Assembly (NCBI GenBank): GCA_015061085.1
Contig: SUXG01000007.1
Location: 22,143-86,142, forward strand
Source of the DNA: Bacteroidales bacterium
GTDB taxonomy: Bacteria > Bacteroidota > Bacteroidia > Bacteroidales > Muribaculaceae
Direction: 5' to 3'
DNA length: 64,000 bases
A program made the translations under genes and the position numbers. Of this stretch, positions 50,775 through 60,395 are shown piece by piece. The notes below the pieces were generated by a model that saw only the letters and a program-made list of their open reading frames with translations, was not told where the DNA came from and did no database searches. Within the stretch, counting starts at the first letter, position 1; each line of letters begins with the position of its first letter.

Positions 50775-52229
50775 TTATTTTGTTACCGGACGGATAGGAT
50801 AATCATCTCCTCGCACCGCAGTGCTGACTCTTATAAACTCCTTGTAAATTGTTAGACTTTGCGATTCATAGTCACCTTGATAAGCAGAAGGTGTCGAAGA
50901 CCAATATCTAGCCAAATCTTGATAAAACTGAATTGGGAAAAAGATATAGTTTCCGTTTATCTTGCTGATGGCCTTACATCCGCTTACTCTGCCCAATGTG
51001 GTATATTCCCATGTACAATTTTCCATCAACTCTTTAAAATCTGCTTCTGTAGGCATACTCCATCCTTTGCCCCACAACGCAGTCGCAGCATCATAAGTGG
51101 CATTTCCACTGATATCGCTCATCTTTTTACCTTGCGCATCGTTCCACTCATCACGATCACCTTGCTTTGGTGTAATTTTCGACCATGCGAAAACTTTGCC
51201 ATATTCTTCTGACGATTTAGCACCAATATTGTACGCAGCCCATTTGGTTCCTGATGGTAAACCCAAATCGACCCATTTATGACCATTGGTTTCGCCTTGA
51301 GACGGAACGGTTATCATGGCATCATTGTCGATAACAGCACGGACAGCATAACCCGTTGAGCGTTCGCCTACACCCATCTCACCCAAAGCTGCACCGTAAT
51401 GGTATTGATGGGCACCGTTTTTATACGCATCTTGATATGGTGTTGAGGTCCAATAGAGACCACATGTATTTGCTTCACTATGCGTCGATCCCATTTCTTT
51501 TGAACCTGTGGTTGGCAAGAAAAGGGTTCTGTCATTTTTACTATTTGTGAAAAGTTGTCCATAACGACCATTTTGTTTCTCATACTGTGGAAACGGGCAG
51601 TACTCCACAAGTTCCTCAAATTCTTCTTTAGTAGGCATTCGCCAACCCTTGCCCCATTTAGCTGTCGCTACATCATAAGTAGCATTGCCCGAGATGTCTT
51701 CCATATCCTTGCCATGAGTCTTACTGTTGTTTGGAACGTATGTAGTCTTAGTAGCCTTTTCTCCCCATGCATATAGACCTCCCGGGAGATGTGGTTGTGA
51801 GGCATCGATATTGCAAGTAGCCCAACGCGTTCCGGACGGAAGACCCAAATCTATCCATTCATGACCATTGACCTTACCTGTCACCGGAGCCGTACTCTTT
51901 GGAGGATTCTCCACTATCACAGGACGGACAATCTCACCTCGTTCCTCAAGTATCTTCAAGTGACGTTCATTGGCATTCTCAGTCGACTGACCTTGATTTG
52001 ATTCCGGCTGTGACTTAGACTGGTTTTTAGATGTTTTCTTACTGCTCGACTTCGTCTTTACTTCCTTACCAAGCACCTTTTCCACTTCCTTTTTAGTCTC
52101 CTTACTTATTCGGTTTTCGACCTCTTTCTTTACGGCCTTTCCCAACTTATTCAAGAAACCCTGTGCAGATGCATCTACAGCACCCACCGACAAGCACAAT
52201 GCAAGTGCTATCCATAAAAATCGTTTCAT
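50775..52229 (-). CDS. Secreted protein with two DUF1566/Fib_succ_major-like (C-type-lectin fold) repeats
   Basis: Signal peptide; two copies of NGH.W.DLGLPSGT.WA..NI, W.MPT..F.EL, YW.STP and .R.V. Confidence 0.75.
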   Translation of the reverse strand: MKRFLWIALALCLSVGAVDASAQGFLNKLGKAVKKEVENRISKETKKEVEKVLGKEVKTKSSSKKTSKNQSKSQPESNQGQSTENANERHLKILEERGEIVRPVIVENPPKSTAPVTGKVNGHEWIDLGLPSGTRWATCNIDASQPHLPGGLYAWGEKATKTTYVPNNSKTHGKDMEDISGNATYDVATAKWGKGWRMPTKEEFEELVEYCPFPQYEKQNGRYGQLFTNSKNDRTLFLPTTGSKEMGSTHSEANTCGLYWTSTPYQDAYKNGAHQYHYGAALGEMGVGERSTGYAVRAVIDNDAMITVPSQGETNGHKWVDLGLPSGTKWAAYNIGAKSSEEYGKVFAWSKITPKQGDRDEWNDAQGKKMSDISGNATYDAATALWGKGWSMPTEADFKELMENCTWEYTTLGRVSGCKAISKINGNYIFFPIQFYQDLARYWSSTPSAYQGDYESQSLTIYKEFIRVSTAVRGDDYPIRPVTK

Positions 52230-52255
52230 AATAGTAAAATTATAGTGTTTATATG

Positions 52256-54079
52256 TTAGTTTTCAGAATTATTATCACCGACTGTTACGGTCACAGATTT
52301 ACCCTTAAGGTGGATTGTGTACTTATTTCCGTTCTTGACCATATAATCTGCATCAAGTGGGACATACGCTTTAAAACCTTCTCCGACATCGCAGATGAGA
52401 TATGCCTTTTCCATATCAGCCAACGTATCGAAATGATAGGATCCGGTGTTTGTTTCTGCTTCTATTACTCCGCTTCCTGTCGAAAACAACTGAACCCAAT
52501 GCTTCCCACATCCTGCTTTTGTCATGCCACAACCGATATAACTCCATTGGCTGTTAAGAATATTTGCCTTGTGGCCATCAGAATTCATCCATGCCTTAAT
52601 CGCTTTGGACGGAGCGTCGTAGCTCTTTGCACAATTTTCACCGGTATATCGACCTTTAGCAAATGATGACTCAATCGCCGTATGGTAAGGCTTGCCATTC
52701 GGGCGCAAGTGATCCTTTCTCATAACTGTGACAATTTCTTTTGAACGAATGTCACCGGCATCTTGAAGAGGAGGCACCATTACCAATGTGCCGGTTCCTG
52801 CCTTGTAACGTTCCCTATTTGTCAGACGAAGTACTTCCCACTCATCATGAGTCACAGAAATTCCTTCAGGAAGTGCAGGTCGGAGTTTAGCCAACTTCAT
52901 CGAAATACGCGGACTGCGTCTCGCATCCTTATATTCCAACTCAAAATTAATCACAATCTTGCCTTCATTGTCAAAAGTGGCTTCTGTTTTGGTAAAACCT
53001 GTGAATGTCAGTTTTGAGCCATTTTTTATGGACGAAGTTGCGAGATTTATCAACTCTTGCTGTGTGGTACTGTTATTTACCGAATGATTATGGAGTGCTT
53101 TAGAAAGCGCACTGAAATCTGCATCGATAGCCGCATCAGCAGCTGTGCCCGCTATAGGCAACGTTTTATGAGCATGGAAATAATCCTTATTGTCACCTAA
53201 AGAAATGATAATATTTCCGTCGATACTACCCTGGGCTTTAGCTGTAGGTGCATCATACTTATAATTTTTATCCCACACAGCCTTTGAGCCATTAACCGCC
53301 GCAGCATTTACAACTGCGAGCACATCATCTCCCTTTGTTTTGGAGGTGACTGTCATATTTTTAAGTGCGGTTTTCATCAAGTCAAGGTCAGCACTTAATT
53401 TAGCTGCAACCGGAGATTTACTGAGGGCAGGCAACACAACAGAGAAATTATAACTATCAAGAGTAACCCCGTCATACGTAATACCTATAGACACGGAAAT
53501 ATTGCCATCCTTAGTGTCCGATGGCATTTTTCGTGTGTATTTATAGCTTCCGCCTGCAGACCAAATTTCAGCTCCCGGGAGCTTACTTTTTAGATACTTA
53601 ATTATCACCTTGTCGTCATCTGCATTAGTAGCCTTATAAGCAGCGGCAAGTTCCTTAAGTTTGGCCTTGAGTTTAGTTTTAGGATTGTTCGGATTCGGTC
53701 CGCCAAGTTCCTTCCATGTGTATTTGACACTTACAGTTTTATATTCTCCATTAACAACCTTTGCCTTGTGTCCGTTGATTGTGGCATTGATATTGGGCGA
53801 TGGAGCAAATACATTTTTTGAACTTTCTTTGATTCTCAACTTTACAGTCATGGTATAGTTATTTCCCTGAACAAATACACCATTCTCAAATTCACCTGAC
53901 CAATGCACTTCATATATTTCCGTGCTGGCAGTTTCGGGCACACTTGCCTTGAATGAGCGTTTTTCTCCGACAACAGGTTCCACTGCCGTAATTACAATTT
54001 TAGTAACTTTGGCAGCAAATGCAGTCATCGGCATTAACATCGTTAGCAAACACGCTATAAACAATAAATACTTTTTCAT
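52256..54079 (-). CDS. Secreted CAP/SCP-domain protein with repeated N-terminal modules
   Basis: Signal peptide; VLRLTNRER, HLRPNG, GENCA, AWMNSDGHKANIL, IGCG, WVQLF. Confidence 0.85.
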   Translation of the reverse strand: MKKYLLFIACLLTMLMPMTAFAAKVTKIVITAVEPVVGEKRSFKASVPETASTEIYEVHWSGEFENGVFVQGNNYTMTVKLRIKESSKNVFAPSPNINATINGHKAKVVNGEYKTVSVKYTWKELGGPNPNNPKTKLKAKLKELAAAYKATNADDDKVIIKYLKSKLPGAEIWSAGGSYKYTRKMPSDTKDGNISVSIGITYDGVTLDSYNFSVVLPALSKSPVAAKLSADLDLMKTALKNMTVTSKTKGDDVLAVVNAAAVNGSKAVWDKNYKYDAPTAKAQGSIDGNIIISLGDNKDYFHAHKTLPIAGTAADAAIDADFSALSKALHNHSVNNSTTQQELINLATSSIKNGSKLTFTGFTKTEATFDNEGKIVINFELEYKDARRSPRISMKLAKLRPALPEGISVTHDEWEVLRLTNRERYKAGTGTLVMVPPLQDAGDIRSKEIVTVMRKDHLRPNGKPYHTAIESSFAKGRYTGENCAKSYDAPSKAIKAWMNSDGHKANILNSQWSYIGCGMTKAGCGKHWVQLFSTGSGVIEAETNTGSYHFDTLADMEKAYLICDVGEGFKAYVPLDADYMVKNGNKYTIHLKGKSVTVTVGDNNSEN

Positions 54080-54323
54080 TCTATATAATATTTATACCCT
54101 TAATATTATTGCATATCAAAGTATCAAAAAAGCATTGAGTATATTCACACCCATTACAGCACCACACAATACTTTAATATCCAATTAGTTACAAGATTCA
54201 AAACAAAATGTTAATTAAGCTTTCTAATTTAGACAAATAATGACTCCTCATTTCTTACCATTAGCATCCTAATCCAAGCGCAAAGATAGTAAAATTTTAT
54301 AGGAATTCAAATTACCGGTTCTA

Positions 54324-54935
54324 TTATGCCGATACATTAATTTTTAATCGTAATTCTTTCAGAAATTTGGAAATATTGACGATTGATGAGATTGGGATAT
54401 ATAGAAATCCTTTGGGCTTACCTTTTATAGATAATATTATGTTATCTGTCGAGACATTCATGTTTTCAATCTCATGCCATTCTATGGTTTTTGTTCGCTC
54501 TTCTATCTCATATTCGACATTTTCAACATCGTTTCCTTCTAATATTGAGCTGTCATTCTCTGTCGGTATTTCCTCACCAATAGGATTGTCAAAAGACTCT
54601 TCTATATTTTTCAATTTTTGTTTAATATACATTTTTATCTCAATCCCGGAAGACGACAGATAGAGTTCTTTGTCTATAATATTCATCCAGCAATTAGGCG
54701 CCAAACCGTAATATATGTATAGAAAAGCCATCAACGATGGGGTTAATATCAATAACACCATCAGAGCTACAATCGCATACGCCAAATCTACGGCGACAGA
54801 AAGGATAATTGCAGTTATAAATATTATTATCAAGGGGAGTAACCACCACCCTGCCAATAATCTAAATAACAACAGTGCAAATTTGAAATTCGATATTCTG
54901 AATCGTGTCGTCGTTAATTCGTTATTCTTTTCCAT
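54324..54935 (-). CDS. Hypothetical two-TM membrane protein (YcxB-like C-terminus)
   Basis: Two hydrophobic segments then IEWHEI...FLYIP; overlaps the upstream gene's stop. Confidence 0.55.
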   Translation of the reverse strand: MEKNNELTTTRFRISNFKFALLLFRLLAGWWLLPLIIIFITAIILSVAVDLAYAIVALMVLLILTPSLMAFLYIYYGLAPNCWMNIIDKELYLSSSGIEIKMYIKQKLKNIEESFDNPIGEEIPTENDSSILEGNDVENVEYEIEERTKTIEWHEIENMNVSTDNIILSIKGKPKGFLYIPISSIVNISKFLKELRLKINVSA

Positions 54936-56067
54936 AACCGACATCTCTTAGCCGACGTGTTTTTTCGTATGTCTGTTTATTCAATTGACGCATCCTTTGG
55001 ACGTAGCCTGTCCCTTGCTCGTTAAATAGTTTTGTCATGTCGATATATTTATCGCCATTTCCTTTTTTGAGTGAAAATACTTCATCACGCCTTGATTTTA
55101 TCTCATCGCCGAGAGGAGAGTGCCCATTTTCGCCAATCCCTCTAAGACAGTCGGGTACACCACCCTCGATGCACCAAACAGGCAATATTTCAGAGCATGG
55201 AGGATAGCCTATTCCCGTCCACATAATGTATTTGCTACCTAAGTCACCCGGTTTGATCAGCGATGCGTCTTCAATTGGAGGAATGCCTTCGATAACTATT
55301 GTCGCAGTTGATTTATATCGTGGGATGAAATCTTGATCTACTACCCACTTTTCTCCTTTGGTTGCGTAGTCGCAACACTTTAAGTCATGATAGAAACTTC
55401 GTGAGAGCACTTCTGTCAACACCTCTGCAGTGACTGATTTATTCTCAATAAATGGCTTCAAAAGATGCTCTGCATTGGCTTCTCGAATAAAACCAAAACC
55501 TTCGTCCGGACGTCCGCTATGGCTGTAATTGGTTCGTATCAAAACATTTCCGGGAGCATCGTTTATGTCATATTTAACGTACGAATGATTATTTGTTTCA
55601 AAATAAGCACCATTACCTTCTGCATCTATTGCACCGAAATTTGCTTCTACACCCATAGGGCGAGGTAGAGTGTTGAGAAGCCGCTCAAAATCATCTATAG
55701 TGCGACAACTCTTAAGAGCAATTGTCATCAAGTAACCCTCTTTGTCCATTTTTTTCTGAGGGACATTATCATCTTTTATATTGTAGGATGCTGTATTCAT
55801 CACAGCAAAACCAACGTCGTTCATGCCAATCCATGCTTGTTCGCAACGTTTGTCATCGGCATTGAATAGTGCGACATAATTATACTCACCCTCTTTTGAT
55901 GCGATATATTCCACCTTGTTGTCTATGGTGCTTGTGTCGCGATGTTTCCATAGCAACGGACGTCCGTCAGGTGTCGCATTCGCACCGATAATTGCCGATG
56001 TGCAACCGTAAATTTCTGCCGGATGCAACGCAAATATCATAATTATCAATAAAATTAACTTCTTCAT
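54922..56067 (-). CDS. Secreted Ntn-hydrolase (peptidase C45/C69-like)
   Basis: Signal peptide followed by CTSAIIG (N-terminal nucleophile Cys), DGRPLLWKHRD, GMNDVGF, RTN. Confidence 0.8.
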   Translation of the reverse strand: MKKLILLIIMIFALHPAEIYGCTSAIIGANATPDGRPLLWKHRDTSTIDNKVEYIASKEGEYNYVALFNADDKRCEQAWIGMNDVGFAVMNTASYNIKDDNVPQKKMDKEGYLMTIALKSCRTIDDFERLLNTLPRPMGVEANFGAIDAEGNGAYFETNNHSYVKYDINDAPGNVLIRTNYSHSGRPDEGFGFIREANAEHLLKPFIENKSVTAEVLTEVLSRSFYHDLKCCDYATKGEKWVVDQDFIPRYKSTATIVIEGIPPIEDASLIKPGDLGSKYIMWTGIGYPPCSEILPVWCIEGGVPDCLRGIGENGHSPLGDEIKSRRDEVFSLKKGNGDKYIDMTKLFNEQGTGYVQRMRQLNKQTYEKTRRLRDVGYGKE

Positions 56068-56073
56068 ATACAT

Positions 56074-57348
56074 TTATATTTCTACAGCAAATAGGCACTG
56101 CAAACGATTGACATGATTTGATTTTCCATCTATTGGTTTCCGATAACCCCATTGATACTCAATGCCAAGTTTAATGAAGTAGGTTATATTATATATAAAA
56201 TTAGCTGTCACATATTGGGTGTGTTTCACCATATTCGTGTCAAGCCCGGTTATGTCTTTATAGCATAAATTCATGCGACTATACAAAAGGTTGGATGAAA
56301 ATTTGTCGGAGAAATTCAATTCTGCACCAAGTGTGACTGCCCATGATGGTGTGCCATACATTTTGCCGGCATGGTCTGTGTCCGGCAGCAAATCAAGATT
56401 TAAATCTGAAATGTCCTGAACATAGTTGGCTATCCCTTGACCATAATTAGCACTTCCGAGCAATTTAAGATTATGGGTTAATTCATACAGTCCGGATAAT
56501 TGAACTCCCCACCCGGCTACGTTTCTATTCTGCTGTAGCACCAGGTCTCTATACTGTAACGTTCTGAGTATGGCAGATGCTCTAATGTAGCTGCCCTCCG
56601 ACTTGTATTGCAACCATAAAGGAATCGCCGGAATACGTTGATTTACGATATGAGTGTACGTAGTTGTGTCTTCAATTGAAATATTGGGGGCATCAACACC
56701 GATAGTAAAATCGATATTTTTAGTAATTGGCTGTGTCCACATTGCAACGATTGTTTTCAATGATGCTTCGCCGGCAGGACCTTGTTCATCTATTGTGAAA
56801 GGTACTGCATTATTATCTGTAAAAGCACTATGCGTATAACCAAATTTTAATCCTCGGTATTTAATATAAAAATGGCTCATCTGAAATCGGTAGTTGTCTC
56901 CCTTAAAATTACCCGAAAAGAACAAACCGGTCTTATTTGGATTGTTTGGCATCGCTACAAAGTTAAGGTATATGGCTGAAGACTGGGCTGTAAATCTTGT
57001 AATGGCTCCATTTCCCGGAGTGGATGGAGTGATTTGAGACGGAACAAAATCTAATTCAGAAGGCATATCATCACCGAAATCAAACGATGCTGATGCTTTG
57101 AAATTAGCACCGATACCGAGATAAAAACGTTTGTATTTACCGACTATTGCAAAATGGGGCATACCTGCCACACTCTTATCTTGCGGTATATTTTCCTTAA
57201 AAGCATTTTCGACGTCTTGTTCATTTTCTTTGCTGCCGATTATTACGTTAACGTGTGATTTAACAGCAATAGAATCAACTGCTTCATTCGCATTTGCAAC
57301 TAATATTGCCACACAAAGAAATATTGCAGAATATACCAGTCTTTTCAT
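56074..57348 (-). CDS. DcaP-like outer-membrane porin
   Basis: Signal peptide, amphipathic beta strands, PFTIDEQGP, YGQGIANYVQD, GIEYQWG.R. Start moved to ATG 57348. Confidence 0.7.
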   Translation of the reverse strand: MKRLVYSAIFLCVAILVANANEAVDSIAVKSHVNVIIGSKENEQDVENAFKENIPQDKSVAGMPHFAIVGKYKRFYLGIGANFKASASFDFGDDMPSELDFVPSQITPSTPGNGAITRFTAQSSAIYLNFVAMPNNPNKTGLFFSGNFKGDNYRFQMSHFYIKYRGLKFGYTHSAFTDNNAVPFTIDEQGPAGEASLKTIVAMWTQPITKNIDFTIGVDAPNISIEDTTTYTHIVNQRIPAIPLWLQYKSEGSYIRASAILRTLQYRDLVLQQNRNVAGWGVQLSGLYELTHNLKLLGSANYGQGIANYVQDISDLNLDLLPDTDHAGKMYGTPSWAVTLGAELNFSDKFSSNLLYSRMNLCYKDITGLDTNMVKHTQYVTANFIYNITYFIKLGIEYQWGYRKPIDGKSNHVNRLQCLFAVEI

Positions 57349-57529
57349 AATTATTTCACTTTTTGACGGCAAAGATAGATAAATTGATTAAAATCTGCAA
57401 TAATTGATTAATGCTAATCGGATAATTGCAGATAAATCAATCTCGATTATTATAGCATGATTTTGGAATATTTTAGAAATTAAATTCAGCTTGAAAACAT
57501 TTGATCAAGTGATTCATATCTAAGTGATA

Positions 57530-58843
57530 TTACTCCATCACAATAGCGAATGTCACACGACTATCACAATTGTGTTTCAGACGAAGGGAACCACCATGCA
57601 GACGGAGGATTTGGCGTGAGACTGCAAGGCCAATACCAGAGCCGTCAGTTTTGGTTGTAAAAAAAGGAGTAAAGATATCTTCGGCTACTTCGTCGGGAAT
57701 TGCAGCACCATTATTGGTAACTTCTATCTGAATGCGTTCCTCGGAGTCGATGCTTGAATGAATAGTAATAATTCTATCGGCAACGGCTTCTTGCTCCGAT
57801 AGTGCTTCAGTTGCGTTCTTGAGAAGATTAACCATTACTTGCGACATCAATGCTCTGTCGGCATAAAGCATCGTCTCTTCAGGCACAATATTTACATCGA
57901 CCTTAATATTGTCATGTTGTGTCAACGCTAATGCTTCAGCAACTAATTCAGAAAGATAGAATGGTGCTTTTTGAGGCGTAGGTATGCGTGTTACTGCACG
58001 GAAAGAATCGACAAAGCGAAGCAACCTGTCAGATGTCGAATGTATCGTCTCCAATCCTTGACGCATAGTCTCGGCATCGCCGGATGATGAGAGTAGTGTG
58101 TGGCTGATAGAAGTTACAGGAGCGAGCGAGTTCATAATCTCGTGAGTGAGAATACGCGTAAGTTTCTCCCACGACTCAGCTTCTTTGCGGTCAAGTTCAT
58201 CATGGATATTTCCCACAGATATAACACGCAACTCCTTACCGTCAAAAGTCATAGCCGAGCAACTTAATACAAGATTTTGCTCACCCATTTCATTGGCAAA
58301 GTGAGCAGTGCGTTGCTCTTCAGGGCGAATGTTACGCAACACCTCACACAGTTCCGGGCTAAGAGCGTTCAGCTGGTCGATATGGTTTAGTCGTTCCATG
58401 CCTACGATATTAAGCACTTTGGAGTTCGTTTGTGCCACGATACCATTCTCCATAATAGTAATAATACCGATATTGGCACACTCCATAATCAACTCAAAGT
58501 ACTTCTCCTTTTCACGCATTTGCGTCTTGGCATTATCCATTACATCTTTTATGCGATTAAGAGATTGGTTTATCAGAGCATGGCGAGTGATGTTTGGATT
58601 TTCTGTGAAACGGAATGAATAGTCATCATTCTGCACAGCCTTAAAAACAAACATCAGCCTATCGATAACCACTCGGTAAAGTTTTATCAAACGGAAAATG
58701 CAGAATATAATCACAGGAATGGTGGCTATCATATGTGCAGTGCGACCTAAAGCCCAAACATAACCCGACAATACAGCCATAGCTATAATGACTGCAATGT
58801 AAGCAAGCACTTTGCCGTAAGGTATGGTCTGTTGTCGTTTCAC
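57530..58843 (-). CDS. Sensor histidine kinase (NtrY-like)
   Basis: Two TM; H-box LTHEIMNSLAP, N-box NLLKNA, FTPFFTTK, GSGIGL. Confidence 0.95.
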   Translation of the reverse strand: MKRQQTIPYGKVLAYIAVIIAMAVLSGYVWALGRTAHMIATIPVIIFCIFRLIKLYRVVIDRLMFVFKAVQNDDYSFRFTENPNITRHALINQSLNRIKDVMDNAKTQMREKEKYFELIMECANIGIITIMENGIVAQTNSKVLNIVGMERLNHIDQLNALSPELCEVLRNIRPEEQRTAHFANEMGEQNLVLSCSAMTFDGKELRVISVGNIHDELDRKEAESWEKLTRILTHEIMNSLAPVTSISHTLLSSSGDAETMRQGLETIHSTSDRLLRFVDSFRAVTRIPTPQKAPFYLSELVAEALALTQHDNIKVDVNIVPEETMLYADRALMSQVMVNLLKNATEALSEQEAVADRIITIHSSIDSEERIQIEVTNNGAAIPDEVAEDIFTPFFTTKTDGSGIGLAVSRQILRLHGGSLRLKHNCDSRVTFAIVME

Positions 58844-60183
58844 AATCCGTAGCGTTTAATTTTGTTGTAAAGAGTCTGACGAGTAATGCCAAGTTGTTGA
58901 GCAACTTGAGATAGGTTACCGCCACATTGAGCGATTGCATTAGCTATGCCTTGTCGTTCTATATCTTCAAGTGTTTGACTCTCGCTTAGCGGTAGGCTTG
59001 GCGTATGCAGTTCAATATGTTCAGGACTTATTATATCGCTATCGCACATAATCACTGCCGTTTCCATAGCATTTTGCAATTCGCGAATATTACCTTCCCA
59101 TGGGTGAATTTTCAGTTTCTCAGCTGCATCACTCGAAAGCAATAATCCCTCTTTGTTATACTTTTGAGCATAGCGAGCTATGAACATTTCAGCAAGAGGC
59201 ACGATGTCATCTTTGCGATTACGCAAAGGTGGGATATTGATATGTATCGTATTTATACGGAAAAGCAAATCTTGGCGAAACTCCCCTTTAGCCACAGCAT
59301 CGTGCAAATCTCTGTTTGTGGCAGAGATAAGTCTTATATCTATCGGTTTAGCCTCATTTGCACCGAGACGAGTCACAGCACGATTTTGTAGCACAACCAG
59401 CATCTTCGACTGAAGGTGAAGGGGCAAGTTGGCAATCTCATCCATAAACAGAGTTGAGCCATTGGCAGATTCCATTTTACCTTTGCGGTCAGCGCGAGCA
59501 TCGGTAAATGCACCCTTGACGTGCCCAAAGAGTTCACTCTCAAACAAAGTTTCAGGGATAGCACCCATATCGAGCGATACCATTGTTTTACGGCAACGAG
59601 TTGAGAGACGATGAATTTCTCGTGCCAACACTTCTTTACCCGTACCGTTTTCCCCGGTAATTAAAATGTTTGCGTCCGTAACAGCCACACGCTCAATTAT
59701 AGTGCGAATGCGTTTCATTTCGGCACTATCGCCCCAATACATATCCGGTTTCGACTCGGCTGTCAGAGTTTTAGCACTCTTTTTCGCTTTACCTTTGGCT
59801 GACTTGTAGGCATTTTGTAGAGTCTCGATAAGCTTCATGTTATCCCAAGGTTTCACTACAAAATCGAAAGCACCCTCTTTCATGGCACGCACAGCGAGGT
59901 CAATATCGGCGTATGCAGTGAAAAGCACCACTTTGGTATCGGGGAATTTTTCCATCACCTCTCTGAGCCAATATATGCCCTCATTGCCGGTATTGATACC
60001 GGCGTGAAAGTTCATATCGAGCAACACCACATCAGGCGATTCCTTTTGCAAAGTAGAAATCAATGAGTTGGGCGAAGATAATGTTATAATATCTTCAAAC
60101 ACACCGTCACACAATAGTTTGACAGCCGAAAGAATTGAACGGTTGTCATCTACAATCAATAATTTACCTACTGCTTTTGCCAT
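58840..60183 (-). CDS. Sigma54-dependent response regulator (NtrC family)
   Basis: Receiver (VDD, LLDMN), AAA+ GENGTGKE, ESELFGH.KGAFTDA, WEGNIREL, C-terminal Fis-type HTH. Confidence 0.96.
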   Translation of the reverse strand: MAKAVGKLLIVDDNRSILSAVKLLCDGVFEDIITLSSPNSLISTLQKESPDVVLLDMNFHAGINTGNEGIYWLREVMEKFPDTKVVLFTAYADIDLAVRAMKEGAFDFVVKPWDNMKLIETLQNAYKSAKGKAKKSAKTLTAESKPDMYWGDSAEMKRIRTIIERVAVTDANILITGENGTGKEVLAREIHRLSTRCRKTMVSLDMGAIPETLFESELFGHVKGAFTDARADRKGKMESANGSTLFMDEIANLPLHLQSKMLVVLQNRAVTRLGANEAKPIDIRLISATNRDLHDAVAKGEFRQDLLFRINTIHINIPPLRNRKDDIVPLAEMFIARYAQKYNKEGLLLSSDAAEKLKIHPWEGNIRELQNAMETAVIMCDSDIISPEHIELHTPSLPLSESQTLEDIERQGIANAIAQCGGNLSQVAQQLGITRQTLYNKIKRYGL

Positions 60184-60258
60184 ATTTTCAACATACTTCC
60201 CAAAAATATAGACGAATTATCTCGTTTAACACTACAAAATTATATTAAAAACACCGTG

Positions 60259-60367
60259 TGTCCAAACCTTTTACACCGATTGTCTAATTATTAGACACTT
60301 CAAAAAAATAGTAAAACAGATAAAGTATTGATTATCAGCAATTAGTACACTTTGGCACGGCATTAGT
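60259..60367 (+). promoter_or_regulatory. Sigma54 promoter region: two TGT-N11-ACA sites, IHF-like site, -24/-12 motif
   Basis: TGTCCAAACCTTTTACA (60259-60275); TGTCTAATTATTAGACA (60281-60297); AATCAATACTTTA on the minus strand (60321-60333); TGGCAC-GGCAT-TAGT (60353-60367). Confidence 0.7.
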
Positions 60368-60395
60368 TATATTTTAAGTAAAAACATTAAAATAT

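Noticed and set aside
43251-52229. Diversity-generating retroelement (Avd-like gene plus lectin-fold target)
   Set aside because: No reverse transcriptase and no template repeat matching the target's 3' end in the window; the two genes are about 7 kb apart with housekeeping genes between.
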